DNA of 58,067 nt. Source: Catajapyx aquilonaris (lineage: Eukaryota). Below are positions 26,701 through 36,200 of this stretch, in pieces. The notes under the pieces are model-generated. The model saw only the letters and a program-made list of their open reading frames with translations. It made no database searches and had not been told where the DNA came from. Made by a program: the position numbers and the translations under genes. Location of the stretch: the NCBI GenBank assembly GCA_000934665.2, contig JYFJ02000590.1:62001-120067 (forward strand). The letters are read 5' to 3'. Every line of letters begins with the position of its first letter. The first letter of the stretch is position 1.

Positions 26701-28294
26701 TTTCTCTTCTAACCCGACCAATCCTGATTTAACGAACCGACCAAAGATAAGGCGTGAGGATGCCAACTTGTAAGACACTTGTAAAGAACAAAGCCAAACT
26801 CAGAGAAGGTGGCCCGATTTTTTTTTTGTGTATGCATGTTAAGATCTTTCCATCTTTTTTATTCCGCTCTTACTCTATAGTCACTGATTTGGTTCTTGTT
26901 CTTTGCAGTGCGGGCCAAAAGCAAAGGGTGGAAGCAGAAACACCGCGATGCCTTTCAAAACGAGCTTCACAGCGACTACGTTGAGGAGTGGAGAGACGGA
27001 GGTAGGGCGTCCATCAGGCGGAAGTCTATGACACCATATCTCAAAAAAGAGGGGACCTCCGTGACTCAATTCACTCCCTTACCCTTACAAATCAACATCC
27101 CCCAAACCTTTTAGAGCCAAGGAGGTCCCTTTAGATTTTGCAAATTGACACGAGCTTGTCTTTGAATTAATCTGATTAGGCCTGGATTCAAAACCTACAT
27201 GAAAATTTCCTCTCTCATCTTGATGAAATGTCTGCTTCAATGACATTATTGTACGAATTGGCTATGTGCATTCAGCGATTTGGCCTCATTGGGTTTTGCC
27301 CTCCCTCATCATGGAAGGTCGCACCACAGCATGCGTATTTTTACCAATAATTAAAAGAAAGTGGTGCACTGTCTAAGTACCAAGTTCAAAATAAGGATTG
27401 GATAAGGAGTTATGTAGTACTTATTCGAGCAACCACTATTCACATTTAATTAGGGAGGCGAACCTGTGGGATGAACTACTAATCAAAATTTATTGTTCAT
27501 ATACTGTCTTCCATCTGGAATAATAATTAAACATTACGCCTTGGTTACACGAACACAAAGAATATCCGCAGCTTAATATTCAAAATAAAGAAATGAAAAG
27601 TTTTATTATTCCCGTTTGCATAACGCAAATCTCCGATTGTATGTAGGGACACCCAAATTTTGAGTTGTTTCAACTGGACCATTATTATGAGTTTATATAA
27701 CCGGCTCTTAATTATTGTGATATACTGTAGTGGTGCAACCGGCCTTTAGACAATCTCCCCCAAAAATTGGCTTTCTTTACGGCCTGGTCCTTCCTCGCTT
27801 TGATTTACAATTGTCCTTAATTTCTGGCCCGCCCAAAGTTCCCTTTTCCAAAATTGGAAAACAGAACTTATTGCAGCCAATTAGCACTTGAGCTCACTGG
27901 TATTTTTTTTGTCTGCTTCTTTCTATACCGCCCGCTAGCATTCCAGAGCCGATTCTTCCGAGGGTGGCAGCAATGCTCCCTTCGGATTTACCGGCAGCCA
28001 AACAGTTGGCAAAACGATGCAATTTCCAAATAGAGGAAGTTAGACTAAGCCGGGCCTATCCATTCGTGACTAATAGTGATCCATTTTGTTGTGTTCTCTC
28101 GCAACAAAAAAGACATCGAGCTGGTGGGCGAGCTGGGCTACGGAGGCAACCCAATGCCATCTTTCGGACCGGCTGTTGAGTCGTCCAGTACCAGCATCGC
28201 AGTGGCCATCATCTGCAACACCTTCCATCGAATCTGCTGGACTTTCCTCGCCTTGATTTGTTTGCTTTGGTTCGGGATGTTGCCCAACGCGTGA
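11656..28294 (+). CDS. DIP-kappa: Gene A (5'-partial, spliced): DIP-family/lachesin-like 3-Ig neuronal adhesion protein, DIP-kappa-like; join(11656..11784,12831..12968,19002..19151,20786..20872,26909..27001,28113..28294)
   Basis: Six exons with GT-AG sites join in one frame (all phase 1). Translation has Ig motifs GAYLCIASNG-PP (Ig2 F/G strands), ECHTEAYPKSINYW and DFGSYKCIARN (Ig3). The residues VNVIDGE..HITKVSRLHM, NQLEGAY.GQDV and GETDGNIKL match my recollection of Drosophila DIP-kappa (CG31814). Family call is secure; subfamily is from memory. Confidence 0.85.
12831..12968 (+). CDS. Gene A exon, first half of Ig3 (FPPMLWIPNQLEGAYVGQDVMVECHTEAYPKSINYWTTDKGDMITS)
   Basis: ctttttccag| acceptor, |gtaagg donor, 138 nt, phase 1-1; Ig B-strand Cys and C-strand Trp. 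Confidence 0.95.
19002..19151 (+). CDS. Gene A exon, second half of Ig3 (GEKYEAVLMDSTYKMYMRLKIRNITKVDFGSYKCIARNSLGETDGNIKLY)
   Basis: tttttttgcag| acceptor, |gtaaga donor, 150 nt; D-x-G-x-Y-x-C motif. Confidence 0.95.
20786..20872 (+). CDS. Gene A Thr/Ser/Pro-rich stalk exon (EIPAPSTTTTPLATASTPSGFDKSRGKKK)
   Basis: tttgccttacag| acceptor, AAG|gttagc donor, 87 nt, phase 1-1, open frame continuing ...KLY-EIP; not in the ORF track. Confidence 0.85.
26909..27001 (+). CDS. Gene A basic linker exon (VRAKSKGWKQKHRDAFQNELHSDYVEEWRDG)
   Basis: ttcttgttctttgcag| acceptor, GAG|gtaggg donor, 93 nt, phase 1-1; positional counterpart of gene B exon 33714-33833. Confidence 0.7.
28113..28294 (+). CDS. Gene A terminal coding exon with GPI-signal-like hydrophobic C-terminus (DIELVGELGYGG...ESSSTS...WTFLALICLLWFGMLPNA*)
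   Basis: Pyrimidine tract then aaaaaag| acceptor in phase 1; small-residue patch, then hydrophobic tail and TGA at 28292-28294; DIPs are known to be GPI-anchored. Confidence 0.75.
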
Positions 28295-30094
28295 AACCAA
28301 AATAATCGGATTCGGACTTTTAAAAGGACGCGGTTTTGTGCGCTTGAAGAGATTGGGAAGGACAACAAGAGGACACGCCGGGTGATTTCACAATGAACTC
28401 GAGCCTTAGACACTGGTGGTGAGGAGATAAAATACGGGCCAAAAATTACAGGGGGAGTTGTATCATATTTCTAATGTAAAAAATATTAATATACGAACCG
28501 CTGCTCTACGTTTATCCTTCTTCCAGTCTCCCCCCCACTGTGGAGATATGCTCGTGTTTGGATGGGTGTTGTGACACTTCCACGCCTTTTTATTCGGGCT
28601 TCCGAAGTGGTGCGACAGTGACCCCTGACTCCCAGACAAATAATATCGTGACGGTGTTTCTCAATGTTTGAACCCCCTCCCCCCCCATCCCCAAATATGT
28701 TAGGCTGAAATGCAACCCTTTGCATTTGCTGTGAACACTGGTAGGCAAATCGTGACCAGACATTTTAGTGACAAAAACTACAACAACGGCAGCTACTACC
28801 AGAGTGTAGGAGGATACCAGCGTGCGGTGTATTCTCTCGTAGCTTTTCGACGAAGAAGAAGAAGAAGAAACCTCCCTAAAAGAAAGTGGATTTTTTTTTG
28901 CTTTTGGTTTGTGTTTGTGGTGATGGAAATGTCAGGGATCAAAAAGAGTGGTGTTCGTGATGGTGGTGGCACTGTGTATACAAGTTATTTAAAAAGAGGA
29001 AAAAAAGACAAGAAAAAAATCTATTGTATCTCATTGTATTGTAGTGGATGGAAAAAGTGGCCATATTTTTTCGCCTGTTTTGAAGCCCTGAATGTTAAAC
29101 AGATTTCGCTTTGTACTTGAGGATTGTACAAAGAGTTGTCTGTAATTTTTAGTTTGGATTTCATTGCAGTGAAACAGTGCATTATATCAATTTGATTCCA
29201 GATGAAAATGCAAGGTTGGGATATTTTAATGTCCTTCAGGAGCATCTTCAATTGCTGTCCCTTATTGTTAAGTACATATCATGATGTGGCTCCTTTACAC
29301 TGCTTCTTATGACTGTGTGGTATGAACATCTGAAAAGTCACACACTCTTGAATACTACTAACCATTGCTTGGTGGCGATTGCACCTAAATGTAGAGCACA
29401 CGGATTATTTAAAATAATTATCAGGCGATGAATGTGCTGAGCTCAATTATTTCATCACGCATTTCCTCTAATCCGGTTGTTACATACATTCACGTGTAAA
29501 TACTTTGCTTCTCATATTTCTTTAAAAAGAGGAGCTTCTGTGAAAGGAGGAATAATTATACAGAGGAATTTAATAGAAAAATGCTAATAATTTCAGTTAA
29601 ATGGATAGGAGCAATTGTTACCAAGCAAAGTGCACTTTTCGAGAGTGCAAAAAGAACATGTATTGCCATATTATTATTCCTATTAAATTTGAAAACATAA
29701 ACACGACTAGCAAGAGATTAGAGAACAATTATTGTGGGGGTGCTTCAGTTAATAAAAATTAACGAAACGTTATATGTTCAATAAAAATTAATAAAGGGAA
29801 ATGCTTGAAAAATTTCTTGCCTTATTTCTCTGTAAAGAAAGCAGTGTGTTGGAAAAAACACTTACACTTTAATTTTCTAATGGGAGCAACTCTATGACGT
29901 ATGGTCAGAAAATGTTTATCTTGTTGCGCACTATGCATGTACCAACGTCGAAGGAATAGTTATGTCCAACACCTAACAAGTCCACAAGAGGAATTATGAT
30001 AATTCCTAGGTAAAGTTCCTATCTTACTGTAGTCACAAAACCGATTTATTGTTAACCTGTTTTTAGTAGAGAGTACCTTGAACATTGTATGGTT

Positions 30095-30180
30095 AATAAA
30101 TATTCAGCGCTAAAAGGGAATCTCTGGAGAAACAAAAACCGTAGCATTGTTAACTCATTTAACACCGACCATTCAATAAA
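30095..30180 (+). terminator. Candidate poly(A) signals of gene A
   Basis: AATAAA at 30095-30100 and 30175-30180 (others near 29751-29795) at the end of an AT-rich 3'UTR-like tract. Confidence 0.4.
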
Positions 30181-30314
30181 CATTACTTAGCTTGTACACA
30201 TATTGCATCCTTGCATTTTGATCTGGAAATAGGGGCTATTAGGTAATGCCTGACGTATCCATCACAAAGAGCTTTTTGTTTCAGTTACATGTGGCCATCA
30301 ATGACAACTGAATT

Positions 30315-30320
30315 TTTATT
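30315..30320 (-). terminator. Candidate poly(A) signal of gene B
   Basis: TTTATT on + (AATAAA on -) where strand composition appears to switch; alternatives at 30045-30050, 30848-30853 and about 32535-32545. Confidence 0.3.
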
Positions 30321-33025
30321 CGACAAAATGGTTGGATTTGTGGCATGCTATGCAGAATCAAATCTGCTCAAATAATAAAAAAAGAGAAAGAAAACTTGAG
30401 AGAAGACATTGCACTATCCTTTCTTACATAAGGTAGCAAAATTTTAGTATTAACCTGTGGAATGTGTATATGTTATCTGGCACCTTTCAGCCCATTTTTC
30501 AGAGAAACCAGTAATGAATTTAATGCCTTTACATACACAAATCAATCATCATGTCAAATGATGAGCACCCAGCCTGAGTCATCACACACGAGTTTCCAAA
30601 ATCACCAGAAAACCGGCGTCGAATCTCCTGCGCAACCACAATCGATTGCGGACACAAACACTGAAAATGTTTACAAGTAGTCCAACAGAGGGAGAGGCAA
30701 CCAATCTCGTCGCGTCTGCCACCTGGCGTCTCTCCTGCCAACTGTGACTAGTATCATGTTACACTCAGGGAGAAGAAGAAGAAGAAAGAGGGAGGAAACA
30801 ACATTATACCTTAATAAAATCATTCTCGGCCACCAGAGTCCGTAGGATTTATTGAGCAGGACGCACGCCTACACTATATGAATAGCTTTCTCTTATTATT
30901 TTTTTTGTCTCAATAATTATTCTCATTTGCTTGGGACCACAAACAAAACAAAAGGAAGATGAGTTCGGTCGACGGACTCGACCCATTGTCCATTCATTCT
31001 GGAAACGTAGCAACATGACGACTAATATTCACAGCTAAGAAAAAGGCAAACTACTCCATTCGAAACGGGTCAGTTAGAAACAAAAGAGTCCGCCGTCCGA
31101 TCCCAGTTATTGTAATTACAAGGTTATTTTTTGGTTCCTTTTTTCATATATATCCCAGCAACAGTTTGAAACCATTTGGAGCAGCAATGAAGAAGGCGGC
31201 TCATACACTTGACCATCATTGCAGGAGCAATCAAATAGTGGGGGGGGGTCAAGAGAGTAGTCTTGCGAGTGTCCGTTTTCACACTATTGTCCCCATATTC
31301 ATATTACGTCCACAGAGTGATGATGAGACTGCTTTAGAAGAGTCGTCTGGAGAAGCGGGTACAAAAGGATTTGATGAATCTTGCAATTTGAGATATTCTG
31401 TACCAATCATTTTTTAAAACAAATCGGTGCATGTCTTGGGCACATTGCAGTACATCCATTATGGGAGATCTGAATGGGCAGATGACAGTTTGGACTTGCA
31501 TCATGAGAACAAGATTTCTCCGTAGCACCATTGATATTGTTATGTTAAGCAGTGGTGACCTCTAACTGATTACGAGTCCAGGTACGCTTGCATAATTTTT
31601 GATAATATCATAGGAAGCGTATTAGATAATATATTACATGGCAGTACGAACAAAAAGTAAATTTAAATGCAGCCGCATCTTAATTGGGATTAGGAGAAAA
31701 TAAAAATTAGTTGCTTTTAAGTATTTGTACACGTGACCAGATGGACAGATTCTTGTGACATATTTTTGAAATGAAAATTTGGAACCTGCTCTCCTGCTAC
31801 GTAGAGCAAAACATTTGCATAAAACACGAACATGGAAGTGACCTTTTTGCAGTTGTGAATTAGGGTTATTTAACTACAGTATTCCAAGAATGCCATTCAG
31901 ATGAAGTTGAACATTAAATTAGTTATGCTTACTGATTCAACATTTCTCTCTGTAATAGTCTCACCCTGAAAAATATCTGTCAGCAGTCACACAACGTGCG
32001 ACACATCCTTTAAGTTTTAATGCGTAATAAATAACGCACATCATAAACATCAAAGTGGAAATTCCAGTAGCAGAGATCACAAAGCACATATTTAGCAATT
32101 GCACAGTAATTTAACGATAACAATGCCAATAATCCATTTACATTATTTTAGTTCTCTCATTACGGTACATGTTGATGTAATCCCTACTTCTAAAAATGTT
32201 TATGTCAATTAGCAAATGATCGAAGCTTGCGTAAAACCGACGAGGACAGTCTCATCCCAGAAAATATATACATTTGACCAAATATTATTTCCAAAAATAC
32301 TTGTATTTTTCACATCATAGGCTAACTTGAATAAGTGAATGGCAGTATAGCTGTACCTTCATGCTAAGCGCACTCATAACTTACATTAACTCTCTTAATG
32401 AGCTTGAATGGCTTTCCACTCTTTCCACTTGAAATTGCACCCACTGCTTTTGAAGTACATTTCCCCCAATGCTCATTATGTAAACTTTTAAAAGCCATTT
32501 TCCATCAATTTTGATTTGAAAACATGTAGATTATTTTATTTTATTTTCTAGACAGTTGAGAGAAAATGTAACCCGAAATCACTGAAATCTATTTCAAGAA
32601 TAGAAAGAGTGAAACACCACCACACAATAATTTAGAGAGCAAACAGCAGGAGGAACACCACTGAGTAAGTCTCAAATCTCTGTTAAAAGTGACAATTTTT
32701 AAGACTAATTTTGATCCTCTGTTGCAGAATCCATCGCCACCTTCTCCGCAACCGGACGACACCTCCAAATGCAACAAATCTCATCATCGTCACCACCTCA
32801 CATGATCCTCGCCACTTTTGGTAACCAGTCCAAGGGGTAAAGCAACCAGGCCGGAAAAGCACTAGGGCACACCCGCAAAAAACTGAACGGAAGGTTCCTT
32901 TTTTGGTTTGCGCATTGGAGAGTAGGAGTCTTCCAAAAGCCACAAAATGAGCGCCGCTACATTATTTTTTGTTTCCATACATTTTGTTTTCACGAGGTCA
33001 CATCAGGCGAGGAAGACACTGACCC

Positions 33026-33231
33026 TCACCAACAAGGCGCTCCGCAGTGACCCCAGGGTTCAGGGAGAGCCTTTAGGAAGAATAGCATGAGGAATGTGAC
33101 TGGTGGTGCCCAGCAGGCGACGAGGAAAGGCGATCTTCTGCTGGTGACCCCGTGACCTCCACTGGACGCGGGGTCGGCCTGAGGGGGCAGGATTGTCCCC
33201 GGAGGAGACGACCGTCCTCGCTGGCGAACCT
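33026..33231 (-). CDS. Gene B terminal coding exon with hydrophobic C-terminal segment (EVRQRGRSSPP...ASSGG...FLVACWAPPVTFLMLFFLKALPEPWGHCGAPCW*)
   Basis: tgtttttaccaaatggcag| acceptor, phase 1, in frame with ORF 33026..33448; small-residue patch SSGG followed by a hydrophobic stretch. Confidence 0.7.
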
Positions 33232-36200
33232 CTGCCATTTGGTAAAAACACAGTGTATAAGTCTCAGTTCCGAAAATTGGCTGGAATAACGGCGTGCAGG
33301 AGCATGCAGAAAGCCAAGGATCCACAGACGTGACCCAGCGGTCAGAGATCATATCCAGATTCCAATCTGATTCACATGCATTATTAAGTCGGTCAGGCGT
33401 GGACTGCATTCCAGAAAGACTTTTTTTCGCAATTAGGCGATCATGCATGCATGCGAGATCTAAGGCGCATTAACATATCGGCGATGTGCACTAAAATTTA
33501 CCAAACTCTGTAATGCCTTCAGCCTTATCTACATGTGCAACAATGGCTGTCAGATATTCCAACAATACGACTATTAAAGGCCTGAGACGCCAAGGCTGAA
33601 TACATTGCAGCTATTGCTGGAAGCCGATATTTTGCAGACAAACATCGTCGATTATTTTGTGAATGGGCCAGTATAATAAGTACAGAGACACCCCCAGTTC
33701 TATGAACCCTTACCACCCCTTGTAATCGCACCTCCTCCTTTTTCCTTGACTAGATCTGCCCCAGAGGCGTTGATGACCTCGTTGGCCACATGGACCGGCC
33801 GTTTCTCATTCCTCATCGCTTTCGATTTTTTCCCTAAGGAGAACACAAGGTAGTTACGTCTCTCATTACGTGCAGGTCTTCACACAATGCAATTTCAGTT
33901 GATCCAACCAGGTAAGAGTGTGCCAGTCACAAAACATGCGACTGTCTTCATCCTCGCCGACTACCAAAATTTCACTTTCCTCCCTGCCTTCGCTGGCTGT
34001 AATTAACTTCTTCCCCAGGTCTGCCGTCGTCACCCTAATTTAATCTCCCCGCCATCTTTTACCCTCTCCGCTAATATCCGAAACCCCCACGTTGCACCAT
34101 CCCCCTTTTCCCATCAGCCTTGCTCGCTTTGTTTTACAACGCACTTTCCGTCAAACACAACTAACGACACCTAATCCACGTCACTCTCGACGTTCCCCCG
34201 AAAAAATGTAAACGAACCCCCCATGCATCCCACGATCGTAAAACAAGGCGTTCCAATCCCTGCCAAACTGATGTCGCGTTTCCCTTCGGTGGCAGATGCA
34301 CGCGCTGCCGCTCTAATGAGCATTCCTTTCAAAATAATTGGCATCGGGGAAAGGGGAAGTGCAATGGGGCCAGTCAACCCATGGGCTTCAGGGAAGCTGC
34401 GGTCCTAGTGTACTGGGCGCCTCTCCAGAGGGAGACACCACTGCCGACACTCAACGGACAGACTCTCAATCACACTATTTTTTACATACCCCCCACCTCT
34501 TTTTTTAAAAATATTTTATCCGGGGACAAAGACCGCTGGGGGATCAGTCGACCCTCGACAATGAAAATCGGGCCGGACTCGCATCACGGGCAATAATTCA
34601 AAAGCTTAACATTAAATAAATGTCCGGTCCGACGGGCGGTCGTGCCAGGCCAGAATGAGTCTCCTCCCTCTCATTTGTTCGCCGCTCGTAATTTACCTAC
34701 AGACTATAACTAGGATCTAATAGGGAATTTATTTCCAGCAGGCGGCTCTCTCTAGAACCCACCAAAAAATAGTGAGTTCAGCGATTACATTTTATATAGT
34801 TGGCGGGGTGCTTTAATCCAGCACTTTGCACCTGCTCGTGGTATTGACACGATCCTGTGCTGGAATTTGAAAAAGTGGAAACTTTAGCAGCAGTTTTTTT
34901 GGGGGATGGAAAACCGCGAATGGAATCCCTTTAGCAGCATGGTGTTTTAAAATAGTGCTGTACAAGAGCCAGCAACTTTAACGTTTGGAATGTCATCAAT
35001 TTGTAGCCGAACTTCTAGATATCTAAAAAAAATCAGATTTAGGACAGAACTTGCATTACTTTTGTCATCAGTTGCACAATAAATCAACCTCCCAATGTGT
35101 ATTAGGAAGTAATACAAAATGTGGTGGGTAATGCACCTTTGATGCAGGCCATCATTCGCCAGGCATTAAAAAATGACACATCTGATTACCAGCGAACTAA
35201 TGCGTTACGAGTGCAGACCAACATTTCCCCGATAGAAAAACCCGTGTATAAACCTTTAAATCACACACTATTTTTTTCCTACCCCAGCAGCTATATATCA
35301 CACATGAAGTCAATGGGGCTTTTTTTGACACCTTTCTCTAGCGACGCAGTCCAGGGGCACAGTCCTGGTAGCGTCCCATAAGCACAGGGGCTCGTGGGAC
35401 TTTAGCTTTGACAAGTAGCGGTGTACATGAAAAATTGGTCAAGTCTGGGGCTCCTGAAATTAATAGCCCAAAAATGTAGAAGACCTGCGGGATGAAATTA
35501 ACCCCCCGGAATAATCCTCCTATTCCGGAATATTTCCCCATGAAAGGGAGATGACACACCGACCAGTTATACTCGAATTCATATTCGCCATTTCGAGAGA
35601 TCCCACAGCAGCTGTTCTGCTGGTTAACCCCAAGTTGGCCGGTCGCGTGTGTGTGTTGGAAGGTCGCTGGAGACTTGAAAGGGTAAAGCACTGCTCCATT
35701 TGAGTACTAATTACAAACCATAAAGTGCACTAACCTTTACTTGTTGCGTTGGATTCGGTTGTGGTCGTCGTCTTGACGGGGATTGTGGAAGGATACATTT
35801 CTGGAAAATTGAACAACAGCTTTAGCCTTCTGAGGCTATTCAGATCTGCACTCAATATTGTGATTGTAACAGAAGGTGACAGCAACAGGCCAGATTCGGT
35901 ACTCCATCAATTTTTTTTTGCAAAATTCTTGCAGTGCCACAAGCAATATACTTCAATCCGAGCATCATAATATTCATAATGCCTTAAATAAGTGTTTTTC
36001 AGAATGGTTTTGACCACAGCCTCTCCGTCTCTAAACGCAGCAAATATTGTCATGTGATTTTCTCCCAAATGAGCCGGACCTCATCCATTGCCCCAAGAGA
36101 CAAAAAGGCAGTGGGCCAGAGGCAGCACCTAAAAGCTTTTCACTTAACTGCCATTTCCTCACTAGTCTTCCCCATTTGGCGTCCACAGCAAAAGGAGGGG

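Noticed and set aside
12969..26908. Two gene A introns of nearly equal size (6033 and 6036 nt)
   Set aside because: No sequence similarity seen between them; treated as coincidence
31316..31475. Possible C/D-box snoRNA (GTGATGA ... CTGA)
   Set aside because: No terminal stem, long spacing and no recognisable rRNA complement
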